Positions 1 to 14,800 of a stretch of 64,000 nt of DNA are shown here, in pieces (the stretch's first letter is position 1; the number at the start of each line of letters is the position of its first letter). The DNA is taken from assembly GCA_002269645.1 (NCBI GenBank), contig NIVC01003568.1, positions 26,839 to 90,838 of the forward strand, in the 5' to 3' direction. Position numbers and translations under genes: made by a program. Under the pieces are notes generated by a model. It searched no databases and was not told where the DNA came from. It worked only from the letters and a program-made list of their open reading frames with translations. The stretch comes from Macrostomum lignano (Eukaryota).

Positions 1-690
1 CCCACTCCATCCCCCTACTGTCACTCTCTCCCCACTCCATCCCCCTACTGTCACTCTCTCCCCACTCCATCCCCCTACTGTCACTCTCTCCCCACTCCAT
101 CCCCCTACTGTCACTCTCTCCCCACTCCATCCCCCTACTGTCACTCTCTCCCCACTCCATCCCCCTACTGTCACTCTCTCCCCACTCCATCCCCCTACTG
201 TCACTCTCTCCCCACTCCATCCCCCCTACTGTCACTCTCTCCCCACTCCATCCCCCTACTGTCACTCTCTCCCCACTCCATCCCCCTACTGTCACTCCCT
301 CCCCACTCCACCCCCCTACTGTCACTCTCTCCCCACTCCATCCCCCTACTGTCACTCTCTCCCCACTCCATCCCCCTACTGTCACTCTCTCCCCACTCCA
401 TCCCCCTACTGTCACTCTCTCCCCACTCCATCCCCCTACTGTCACTCCCTCCCCACTCCACCCCCTACTGTCACTCTCTCCCCACTCCATCCCCCTACTG
501 TCACTCTCTCCCCACTCCATCCCCCTACTGTCACTCTCTCCCCACTCCATCCCCCTACTGTCACTCTCTCCCCACTCCATCCCCCTACTGTCACTCTCTC
601 CCCACTCCATCCCCCTACTGTCACTCTCTCCCCACTCCATCCCCCTACTGTCACTCCCTCCCCACTCCACCCCCCTACTGTCACCCTCTC
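1..690. repeat. 30-bp minisatellite (cccactccatccccctactgtcactctctc)n, intronic in the NCKX gene
   Basis: About 23 near-identical tandem units with no spacers, ending just before the acceptor at 741-742. Confidence 0.95.
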
Positions 691-742
691 CCCAATCCTC
701 TGCGCCCATCCACCTACAGCTCACAAAGCGAACTCCCCACAG

Positions 743-4020
<3,278 letters not shown>

Positions 4021-4990
4021 ACCGGAATTACTGCCGCTAGTAGTATGCATGGGATGCACACTTTTGAGAGACCGGCTTGCAGTGAGTAGCGGGATGCACT
4101 CCAAGGTGTCCGGCCAACACAATAAGCTGCGTAATTCTGCACTAAGTTTTGTATTGTAATTCCACTGGCTCTAAAAAAAGCAAAGTGGTCCTTGAGTAGA
4201 TTTCACTTGGAACGGAAACCTATAGAAGAAGCTCTTCAATTTTCCAATTTTCCTGATTATCTCCCTTATTATGCTATTCGACTGACACTTCTAAACAATG
4301 TAATGTTTACATGAGGGGAAATGTAATGCCCCCCCCCCAAGTTTCTGCATAAGTAGTGTGTATAGTCCATTAATTTTAGCCTTCTGTTGTTGTTAGCAGT
4401 CTTGCTCACTTGAGCACTGAACAGTAAGTATATGTAGAAATTACAGTGTAGAAACTGATTTTCCCAAATATATATTTTCTTTTATCTTCAGGACGAAGAA
4501 AGAGTTCTTTAAAAAGTGTGACGACCTCGAGTTCTTAGTCTCCCTTGATCAGGAATGTTCAATGCAAATAAAGCGACAGAAGTTCCATAGACGACCATGG
4601 ATTACAAAATGTGAGGATTTGTCAAATATAAAAAGCGTTGCCTTTGGCTGCCCAACAGCCGGCAGTGCTGACTCCCAATTCAGATCAATATATTTTCCGG
4701 GGCGCGTACGGCCCCGCTCTCTCCCTCGCTGCTCCAGCAATGCAAGCAAGTTTGTTAACTGTTCCGCCGAAAAGTAAATGGCATACAAAACTAACAAAAA
4801 TGGCGACTGTGGGGTTTTGAACACAAAATGCCGAACAATTGAATAAGGGAAGAGTGAGGATTGGTGGGATAAATGCGAGGTTACAGAATGGAGAATATTT
4901 GCTACAACCGCGAGTTGCCGACGGCACAAAGTCGGAGGCAGTCGGGGAGATGAGAAAGCATTCTCCAAAGCCGAGAGCTTGCAGACGTGT

Positions 4991-7978
4991 TTAGGCCTCG
5001 GAGGCGTTTCTCTCAGTCTGAGCTAACGATGTTGACGTGTTGATGGTTCCGGTCTGCAGTGGTGGCGGCTCTGCCTGCTCAATTGAGTCAAAAAAATCGC
5101 CCTCTTTAAGGTAGTCCTGCTGCACAATGTCTGCCACGTAGCAGCGAGCTTTCGGATCTCTGATGAGCAGCTGGTTGAGCACCGGGTGCACATTGGCAAT
5201 GTTGGGCATTCGGCAGGCCGGGCAGGTGGCGAATATCCAGTTGGACTGGTTGGAACCGCGGAACTTCGCCCACAGGTGCTCCCGGTCGCTTAATAGCATC
5301 TCGCACATGAAGAACCCCAGCAGCCAGCTGTCGATTCTGCATTGAGCAGTGTGGGGAGGCAGGGTAGCTCAAGGGTAACAAGTTGGGCTCTCAGGCTCAA
5401 GCTCACGCCGATGGGGCTAGCGCTCAAACAGTGTGTACATGCCTGATGATGGAAGCTGCACACACGGTGCACTATTTTGGATTCAATAAGTTTGGGCATA
5501 AATTTTTTGTCTACCAGCAGGTTGCGGTCAGAACTAACTGACTATTAGATGAGGGGTAAGTGAGCAGCATCTCAATTAGATTCTGCATCGGATGAGGGGG
5601 TAATTGAGCAGCATCTCAATTAGATTCTGCATCGGATGAGGGAGGCGGTGAGCAGCATCTCAATTAGATTCTGCATCGGATGAGGGGGTAAGTGAGCAGC
5701 ATCTCAATTAGATTCTGCATCGGATGAGGGAGGCGGTGAGCAGCATCTCAATTAGATTCTGCATCGGATGAGGGAGGCGGTGAGCAGCATCTCAATTAGA
5801 TTCTGCATCGGATGAGGGGGTAATTGAGCAGCATCTCAATTAGATTCTGCATCAGATGAGGGAGATGGTGAGCAGCATCTCAATTAGATTCTGCATCGGA
5901 TGAGGGAGGTGGTGAGCAGCATCTCAATTAGATTCTGCATCGGATGAGGGAGGCGGTGAGCAGCATCTCAATTAGATTCTGCATTGGATCAGGAAGGTGG
6001 TGAGCAGCATCTCAATTAGATTCTGCATCGGATGAGGGAGGCGGTGAGCAGCATCTCAATTAGATTCTGCATTGGATCAGGAAGGTGGTGAGCAGCATCT
6101 CTTACAAATTCTGTTTCAGTTAGAAAGGAGTAAAAAGGCCCACTAAAACCGCATCTTAAAATGACTCACTTATAATCGTTGACAAAGTTCCCCATCTGTC
6201 TGGTCTCGGGTGGATAGTACTGCATCTGAGTCACCCTCGCATTGGGCTTGTACTCTGCCATTGTGGCGGGCGCTTTCACGGCCAAGCCGAAGTCAATGAG
6301 GGCCGGAGTGCCATTATGCATAATTAGAACATTGTCGCACTTGATGTCGCGGTGACAAATTTGAATACTGTGCAGCTTCACCAAGGCCGATGTGATGCAC
6401 GCGAAGTAATAGCGGATGCTGGACTCCGGCAGGGTGCCGAGTTCCTGCTTTAGAGTCTTCAGAGAGAGTGGAGAAGAACAATTATGATTTATGTGATAGT
6501 CAGCTGGTAATAATCATTTATTACACCTACACTCGGGCAGATGAGCAACCGACAGCTCAGCCGCAGCTATTGCGCGGCGCATCTGAAGGCTGCGTACGGC
6601 TGTTCAGTGCAAGGACTGGGGGGTCGCCACACACAGCCTCAATTGCCCCAGCTAATGCTGGCACCCATTTTACAGCTGGGTGAGCTGAAGCAATGCATAG
6701 TGAAGTGTCTTGCTCAAGGACACAATTTTTTCCAAGTGGGATCAGGAATCGAACCCCCGACCTTCAGGTCGTGAGTCCGACGCTCTAACCACTAGGCTAC
6801 AAACACTAGTGAACCGGTAGCAACTCAATAAGTTTAATTCACAATAACCTAAAACCTCTGACTCTTAAAATGATGATAATATGTAGTAAAATTAATATAT
6901 AATAATATAATAATAGGAGGGCTGCGGGCAGCCTGGCGCAATGCCTTCGGCGACATGGTCCCACAACCAGCGCTGACGGCAGTTCTGCCCATTTCGCCAA
7001 TACTGTACGCAGGCGCGCACCCATGCACCCAGGGTGCACAGCGGCCCTGACTTTCTAATCCTCAGGCATGTACACTCTGTGTGCCTCATGAGGATTTGGA
7101 TCGTACAGCCCCTGACCAACGCGCACAAGTTCCAAATCAATGTTTGTTTTATTTCTTACCTTTAGCGAGGCAAACTTCGCTTTCGGCATGATGGTAATAA
7201 AAAATCGTCGAGTGAGGTAGTTGACGAGAATTGTGCCAACAAACTGACTGGCTGACTGGCCTTTCAAGTGTAAAATGGTTCGCTGCACGTGACGCTCCAC
7301 TTTTTTCTCTTCTCGTCTGTGATAGCACACCTTCATTGCCAGGCTGGTGGAGTGACCTTGGCGGCGGACGAACATCACAACGCCTTGACCTGAATGGACG
7401 AGTTAGCAAGATTTATACTCTGTTGCGTTGCTACTTTTTACTTCCTTCTACATGTATACTTATGATCCCATTTGACCCGCCTATTGTATAGTTTAATTTG
7501 ATTTTAATGATAGCAGTTGCTTGTACAGCGCAGGTGTCAGGATATGGGTTAATCTGTTCTTCAAGGTTGCTCAAAAACAACCTCTCAACAGTTGTAAACA
7601 AAGAGTCTCACCCCCGATAAACAGCCTCCTATCCTTTCGCTGCAGCACAAACTCGGACAGATCCCAGGGCCGCTCGCCAGTTTTGGAATACATCTTGTCC
7701 GTGACGATGCACTCGAAAAGATCTTCCACTGAGACCTCCCTGGCGATGCGTAGAAAGTCTGGACAGTCGATCTTGTTCCAATCCAGAGTCTCGTGAAGGC
7801 AGTTATGCCTCGCTTGAGGCGTCGGCCAGAGTCGAATTCGAACCACCGGACAACCAAAACGATCAGCGGCTGACTCGGCTGAGACTAGACTTGGAGAACT
7901 GCAGCTCTTTTCCTCGATGCTCAGCGACATGGGATTGCAGTCCTCAGAGGCGCGCAGGCCCTTCCGAGTCATTGACAT
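4991..7978 (-). CDS. Divergent Ser/Thr protein kinase (AGC/CAMK-like), ~409 aa; exons 7978-7612, 7389-7160, 6456-6170, 5336-4991
   Basis: The spliced frame gives IGGQGVV (Gly loop), LAMK (beta3 Lys), RYYFACITSALVKLH, HRDIKCDN, DFG, YYPPE, KIDSWLLG and LLIRDPKAR. Introns are GT-AG with matching phases; total 1230 nt. Confidence 0.9.
5545..6102. repeat. 44-bp minisatellite (gagcagcatctcaattagattctgcatcggatgagggaggcggt)n in kinase intron 3
   Basis: About 12 tandem units, with only small variation in the last ~10 nt. Confidence 0.93.
6505..6805 (-). mobile_element. tRNA-derived SINE with CORE/MIR-like central domain, in kinase intron 2
   Basis: Minus strand has A box tagcctagtgg and B box ggttcgattcc, then gtgtccttgagcaagacact...cagctgtaaaatggg (CORE-like) and an AT-rich tail. 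Confidence 0.75.
6905..7130 (-). mobile_element. 3' part of SINE family A in kinase intron 2
   Basis: Shares gagtgtacatgcct...gggccgctgtgcaccc and the cctggcgca..gcgacat end with 28460-28735; ends in a (TAT)n-like tail. Confidence 0.55.
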
Positions 7979-8312
7979 GGGACAGATTTTTTATATGATT
8001 AACTGCCTTTCGAACTACATTGGAATATAGCCAACTCAAATAGTGGCTTGCATAGCCACCAAAGCTGAAATTGTGGCACAAAGCCGAAAGGCACACACAA
8101 GGGCGAAACAATTTTATTCAGCTATTGGTGAAATGAACGAACTAAAAATTCTACTACTTACCTACGTTAGGCGAATGCCTGCATTGTCTATGGACAAATC
8201 CTTAAAGCTCGTTATGTCAACCAAGTATTGGCTGATCGTGTTGCTACCGTCTTAACTTTGACTTTTTACTTTCACTCTGTCAATGAGACACCATAAATTA
8301 TAAGCAAGAGAG

Positions 8313-10627
8313 ATGCAAACAACTTCATTATCATATCACCGTGAAAACACGCCTGGTGAAAACACGACCGACTCGAAGAAAAATGTACAAAAAAAGAAGA
8401 CAGGAGCAAAGAAAGGCAATAAAGCCAACGACTTGAAAGCAAACGCTGATGTCCCCAAAGAGGAAGAAGCGAACGCCGGTCAGAGTGCCCCCAAAGAAAG
8501 CCAAATAATTCTATTCGACGGTGATTTCGATCTCAGCCACTTGACTCGAGATTTCTGGCTCGACCAAAGGCGCTGCGTGCAAAATGGAAGCAGGTAAGTT
8601 GGCATTCTGTTCCAACCAACTCAACACCTAAACATCTGATCCATTGAAATAGCACAGTGTATACTAGGGAAAAATTATTCTATCTTGTTAACGAGCCTAC
8701 CATATTCATAATGCTTTAGTATTTTACTGAACGTCTGCCTTATCTTATTCCAAATCAAAGACACATCCGCTGCGACAGCCACTGCGTCCGGTACATGTGC
8801 ACTAGTCGATCATTACGCGACTGGCAAGAAGAGGAGATCAAAACAATATTGGAGAACTTTAAACGGATTATCAAAGCTCAGAGAGACTTGGCCTCGTTGA
8901 CGCCGTTTGTGCAGAAAGTTTTAGCAGCTAAGGTATACCGCCACGATCTGCTGGTCATTACGCCGCTGCCCAGTAACATGTACTTAAGCGATCTCAAGAA
9001 GTTAATGGTGCATCTCACGCACAGCACAGTTCGCTACTACGCTGCCTGCATCCTGCTGGCCTTGGAATTTTTGCACCACAGGAGAATATATCACGGAAAT
9101 CTGTCGCTAACAAGCATAGCGTTGGATCACTACGGCAGGCCGCAGGTTACTGATCTAGACACGTTGCTGTTCGAAACCATTGGCGAAATGTCGTACCAGC
9201 TTGATGTATTGCGGTACGCAGCTTTATTAGGCGTTTTACACTGCGACAATTTGCGACACTTTAGTGTCTCCCATATGCGCTCTACATCCCTGGATGATAG
9301 ACGCAGAGACGTCTTCAGTGGAGTTTGTCCTAAGTGCCGACTAACAGCTGAGTGCATGGAACCGAAGCTATGCAATTGCAACGACTTCGGTTCGCTAGTT
9401 CGTCACATCAAAGGCAAAGTTATTAATAAGGATTCGATGCGCCGCATCCTGGATACTCTTCAGTGCACATGGATTGAAGCTGATCTTCGCTACTCATGGA
9501 GTCGTATTCCAAAGGTAGAGGAAGCTTTAAAAGTTGCTATTAATTATGCGAGCGTAAATTTCTGCACGCTCTTTTAGTAGTCCATGAACTGTTTTTTGAG
9601 ATGATAACAGATCAGTCATTTTCCTCCGCAGAAACAGAGTGCGCTGGGTTCTTCGACAGGCCCAAGTCAGTTACAGTATTCAGACGATGCCTACGATGAC
9701 ATTGACGAGGATTTCGACGAAGATATCGATTGGCCAATGCGACAATCGCATATATCTCTGTGCACCTCCAGCACCCCACAAAACACGGAAACGACGGGAA
9801 CTAAGAGCGACTCCAGCAACCCCAGCATCGTGATCGATTTGACCAGCAAGAAAAAGCACCAAAATATGCAGCGCCAAAAAGAGTTGCAAAGCCAAGGGTC
9901 TCAACTACTCTCCGAGCCGTCCCAGTCGGTGAAACTTTCCAACTTAAATTGCATGGGAGTGTCGTACAAATCAGTTCTGGGAAAGTCTTCATCCGATGCT
10001 GCGTTGGAGCCGTCTCAGAATAAAAATGCTGAACCAAAACTGGTGTCACGTTCAGCATCAGTGCCAGAACTCCCTAAAGTACATCGTTCGAAGCGTCAGA
10101 CTTCTATTGAATCGCTGAATGCAACGCCGAAAGTTTTCCCTTCCACGAAGAATTCATCATTCGATCAAAAATCGAAGCCTTTGCCACCTGAGTCATCACC
10201 AACGATGTCCGCGCAACAACAATGGGTCGACTTGAGCGATGAGGAATCCCGGGTAGAGACGAATACCAGCACCGACAAGAAGCCGCAAAGCAGCAGTAGC
10301 AGCACTCTATGGCAAGGCCTTTTTACAGCAGCCAGCAACAGCTCTGTGTCTGTATCTGAGCATACGGGGTGCGTATTCGATGCTGGCCACAATCAATCGG
10401 CTAGCAATTTATCCTCTGCAAAGGAGCAAAACCAAAAAAAGCCACCGACAGCACCGCCAGCGAACCCAACGCAGTTGCCTGCATCCAGTATGGACCAAGG
10501 CAAGCCAGCGACTATCAATGCCAAGTCGGATCACCACCAGTTCAAGTTTTCCGATTATCAGCAGATGATGCGACATGTTTATTTTGCTGTAGGATTTTTT
10601 TCGCTCATAAAACTTTGGAATAAATAG
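8313..10627 (+). CDS. Pseudokinase with long S/T/Q/P-rich C-terminal tail, ~689 aa; exons 8313-8593, 8761-9553 (alternative donor 9515), 9632-10627
   Basis: Splice phases match (2, 0); total 2070 nt. The kinase-fold segment RYYAACILLALEFLHHRRIYHGNLSLTS...VTDLD lacks HRD, the catalytic-loop K/N and DFG, and has no evident beta3 Lys. Confidence 0.8.
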
Positions 10628-10711
10628 CGGGTTTAAAATGGTTTCTTGTATGGGATCAGGAAATTTAATTAAAAGGGATGAGGTGAGAGCGAATTCAAGT
10701 TTTGCAAATCT

Positions 10712-11245
10712 ATGGAAGTTGAGAGAGGCACCAAATCAGCAACTGGGGGGGGGGGCAGAATCAGTCGTAGCTCAGCAATTAACACGGCTAAATTTCGTGC
10801 TAAAGTACACCCAGGTAAGGTAAGATACCCATGTGCACAAAAATTGGACTGGGGCTCGCGAAACTTTCGCCAACGAGGGCCAATCCCAAGGCACAGAAAG
10901 AGCACATTTCAGTTGACGAGAAATTCGACCGCTTTACACCCTGTGCGAGCGTGTGTCTGTGTACGTATTCTGCGTGCTCGGAGGTCAAATCAGCCAACCT
11001 TGATTTGTGGCACTGTCCTAAGCACTATCCCTGTCCCTACCACCGTCTAGGGCATCAACTGGATCACTCTGGAAGCGGCCCAGCCTCCGGAAGGATTCTG
11101 GTTCGCGACTGGCCTCATCATGCAGGACTATGCACAGGATGCGGCTCCGCTACGGACTGGCGACAACGCTGGTGGGGAAACCGACCAATTGGCTGGGTCG
11201 TACTTTACTAGCAGGTCGCGCCTTCTGTACAACATGTTCGGCTGA
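10712..11245 (+). CDS. Putative small orphan gene, 122 aa; exons 10712-10814, 10913-10983, 11051-11245
   Basis: Both introns are GT-AG with matching phases (1, 0), giving an open frame MEVERG...VDEKFDRFTPCASVCLCTYSACSEGINWITLEAAQPPEGFWFATG...NMFG*. No domain recognised. Confidence 0.45.
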
Positions 11246-12123
11246 TCGCGTCTTAATGTCTGATGAATCATTGCTGGCTCATCGGTTTGGTATGGTCAGC
11301 GCTGTGTAGCTGCTCTATCGTTTATTTATGCAAGAAACTACCGATATTACCAAACCGTACTATGTGAGTACTAAAAGTACAACTCTAGAATAATCATAGT
11401 AATTCATAAGCCCGAAACTTTTGTTAAAAGATACGAGTACTTGTACTATTTTAAAAAGTTTAAGATCAACCTAGGCTGCTTTCTAATAATTTTCAGGAGT
11501 TTGCATTATTATTTGCATTATTAGCTCGTATTTAAGGATTATTTTGTATGTCTGTTGGTTTGTAAAACGACACCCATTGCTGAAAAACTCTGCTTTGTAC
11601 TAACCCGAACTTTTTTCTTAACGAATTCGACAGAATACAACGTGATAGGAATAAATATATTCAACTGATAATTTTTCACCTGCTTCTAGAGTAGCTCGTA
11701 ATAGTCAAAATGGTTTCAATTCCAATTTCTCCTCGCGCGTAAGATACTTAATTGCACAGACCTGCTCATTTTTAACAGGATTCATATAATAAGTCCATGT
11801 GATCTAAAGCACTTCCTAAGAAACAGGTTGAAAATTTATCGTATGCTCTTCGTATCAAACACGTGCCAATAAAAAATGATGCTGATTTTACGATTTATTT
11901 GTGGTCTTCATAAAATATGCTGACAGGTGTACAAACAAATTTATTTATTATACAATCGAGAATCGGGTTTGATGTTTTTCAAAACATTCTATCACTCACT
12001 ACTACAAGTAGGATCAGTGGGATCGTTGCTACTGCTAACAAGTTATGAGAGCAATATTTTATAAGCGCGTGTTGCGTTTTACTGGGCAAAATGAAGGAAA
12101 ATTTTGAGAAATTGAAAAATCAG

Positions 12124-13026
12124 TCAATCCAGCAACTTGCACAGCAGGTACTCGGTGAACTGTTGGCTGTCCGGGGCGCAGCCTCCAGACGATGCAGCCA
12201 CTGTAAAACCGTGCGACAGGAACAGTCGCAGCACCTGAACAGAGTTGAGGTGACAGAAACCGTTCAGCGGAAATCGAATTACGTAATCCGAGTCAAGCTG
12301 ATTCCAACTTGCGTTGCGCGGCTCCATCAGGGAGTCTGTAACATCCGGGAACAGCTCGGCTAGCAGGTGCTTCCGACCGGTGATCAGAATTCTCTCCTGT
12401 AGTTCCGGTCGCACGGTCAGCGTGACACACTCGCAGTCCCGCTGCTGCCGTTGCCAGTTCAGCTGCGACTGCTGCTGCGGCCTTGCACTTCGTCGCAATT
12501 GTTCCAACTGTCGTAGCATCCCAGACAGCTCGTAGAACTTCACTTCTTCAATGAGCTGATCAAGCTCCTGGAAGTCATGTGGCGTAGTCACCCGTCCTGA
12601 GCGCAGGTAATTAAGCACATGGCGAAACAACTCCCCGTCCCGGTCGATAAAATAGTGCTGCTTTAGCGTGTCCAGTACTATCGGTACCGATCCGTTGAAC
12701 ATTTTCCCCAGCCGCGATTCAGGATAGCGGGTCAGCGTCTCCAGCGAGGAGGTGTACGCCACGCCGCCGACGTCGATGTGAACGGGCGCGGTATAGCGAG
12801 TTGGAGTGGCCGGACAAGGCACGCCGCTAATTTTGGACAGAAACAGCGAACTAATATGAGCCGAAGAGACGGTTACTGATGATGATGAGCACGGTAGCCC
12901 TGCTGCTAGACCTGAGGCCAGTCCGTTGCTTGGTGGGCTGCCGGATCGCATAGCCGCAGCAGCGGCGGCTGCCGCAGCCGTTAGCAAAAATTCAGCTGGC
13001 TCCTTCTTCACCGGGCCGTTATCCAT
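12124..13026 (-). CDS. KCTD15: BTB/POZ (T1-type) domain protein, KCTD1/KCTD15-like, single exon, 300 aa
   Basis: PVHIDVGGVAYTSSLETLTRYPESRLGKMFNG...HYFIDRDGELFRHVLNYLR; C-terminal YVIRFPLNGFCHLNSVQVL...FTEYLL. Confidence 0.92.
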   Translation of the reverse strand: MDNGPVKKEPAEFLLTAAAAAAAAAMRSGSPPSNGLASGLAAGLPCSSSSVTVSSAHISSLFLSKISGVPCPATPTRYTAPVHIDVGGVAYTSSLETLTRYPESRLGKMFNGSVPIVLDTLKQHYFIDRDGELFRHVLNYLRSGRVTTPHDFQELDQLIEEVKFYELSGMLRQLEQLRRSARPQQQSQLNWQRQQRDCECVTLTVRPELQERILITGRKHLLAELFPDVTDSLMEPRNASWNQLDSDYVIRFPLNGFCHLNSVQVLRLFLSHGFTVAASSGGCAPDSQQFTEYLLCKLLD

Positions 13027-14576
13027 CGATGTTGTTTTGAAGAAGCAAATTTTCCAACAACACCGGACGAAGACGCAGACAGGACGATAGAGATAACTCT
13101 AGTCGAGCTTGGAAAATGTCAAAGAGTGCCGGAAGAGACCAGAGGGGAGCCTTGGATGGTGCCCTCGGGATGTCGAGAGATGGAGGGATTTTATAGAAAC
13201 GGACGGCACTGCAGGGAGGGGCCTCGCAGCCTGCAGCCTTAGAACTGAAGCGAGGCCTCCGGCTACAACTCTTGAATTGACGCGTCCCACCTCCTCTCCT
13301 CCGCTGCCTCCTCCCCAACCACCTCATTCCCATTCCCCTCGCTTCTCCGAATCGCCTCAAGGTTCCCGTGCGCTTTCACTTAGCCGGAGCTGGGGGGAAG
13401 GGGTGCAAAGAGGAATGGGAGGCCTAAGCAACCTCCCAAACCCGGGCCATGGGGTGCCCCCGGGGCCCTACCCAGAGCGGCTCTCCCAATCCAGCCAGTG
13501 TTCTATATATAGGAGGAGGGGGAGACGATGGGTGAGCCCGGGATTGCCCGAGGGGCCACATTATCATGATAAAATTAAGGCGCCCCCGGGCCAGGATCCT
13601 CCATCTCGCGCACTCGCCTCTACATCCATCTCTCCGATTTCTCCCATGTATGCAGCGCCTTGCATTGTGCGCGCTCGGTGCAGAGGCCGAGATGATTAAA
13701 GCGCCCAGCCACCACACAATCCAACTCGCCCCTTTTCATATTCCCCCTCTGTGCTTGTGCGGCAAGACGGCCTGAGGCGGCCAACATAAAAAAGAGTGGA
13801 GCAGAGAGAGAGAGAGGAGGCGAAGGCAGCCTGAGGGCTCCATCGGGAAGGCGGCGAGCTAGGAAGAGGAGATCCATGCAGGCGCAGAGATAGGGGAAAA
13901 AAGAGAACGGTCATACGAAGTAGCCTCAGGACCGAAGCGAGTTCCTCTGACTCGGCTGGAACTGCAATTGGGGAAGTTCCCTCAGCTACCATCAGCTTTG
14001 GATTGGGCCCTCCTGTACGATAGAAATCTAAATGAAGCTGTAAATGCAACTGTGTGTCATGTAAAATCGCTCATAAATTATTGTCGATGCTTGCTATTCA
14101 ATAATCGTCGTCACCAACCCTATGCAGAAAAGTGAAGTGTTCAGCAACTGAGATATTACACAAATATTGCAGAGTGCTCCTACATGTAAAGCAATCCGAC
14201 GACGTCTATAGACGTCTATGACAAATATGTTGTTTTACATTACACCCACGTTCAGCCGACATATGGGTGGGCCATAGACAAATGTTATGCTCTCGAGTCT
14301 CAGCTACCACATACCCCTTCTTGGGAAAGAAACTGCCATCAACTGTCAACAGGCGATAACATTGCGATGTTTTTGCAAGCGCCTGTCTCTATAAACAAAT
14401 GAGTTACAATATGAATATTTTCCTATAGCTGATTTCGGTCAGGTATTCGTTCGACCATTCAAATAGCTAGTTTTTTTTCATTTGCAATGCACAAGCTTAA
14501 TGCAATTTTACATACGCTCTCGTACAGTGGCTCGCTATTCGTACAATAGTACAATTCGTACAATGCATGTATCTGA

Positions 14577-14800
14577 CGGCTGTAGCCTAGTGCTCTGATG
14601 TGCCAGCGGCCCAGGCTCGATTCCCAGTGCAGTCGCATTAATTTGGGGCTAAATTTTAATCTCGGCTTGGGTCTGCTCGAGCAATATTGACGCCCTTGAG
14701 GGCAAACACCCGAGAGGCACAGCTTGAAGTGTACATGCCTACATAAACTTAAGGCCGTTGCACACCCCTGTGTAAGTGTGTACCTGTAAGATTGTCTTCG
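14577..14800 (+). mobile_element. tRNA-derived SINE family A
   Basis: ggctgtagcctagtg (A box), ggctcgattccc (B box-like), and a body matching the reverse complement of 28460-28735. Confidence 0.7.

Noticed and set aside
4490-4968. Short ORFs between NCKX and the kinase
   Set aside because: No motifs; the region likely comprises the convergent 3' UTRs.
5545-6102. CRISPR-like look of the 44-bp array (also 37365-38295)
   Set aside because: Units are head-to-tail with no unique spacers, there are no cas genes, and the context is eukaryotic intron or intergenic DNA.
6730-6805. tRNA genes here and at 14577 and 28735
   Set aside because: A/B boxes are present, but the acceptor stems are not intact and the sequences continue into shared repeat bodies, so they are SINE heads.
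14195-14222. Palindrome gacgtctatagacgtc
   Set aside because: An isolated 16-bp palindrome, probably a repeat remnant; no element boundaries could be defined.
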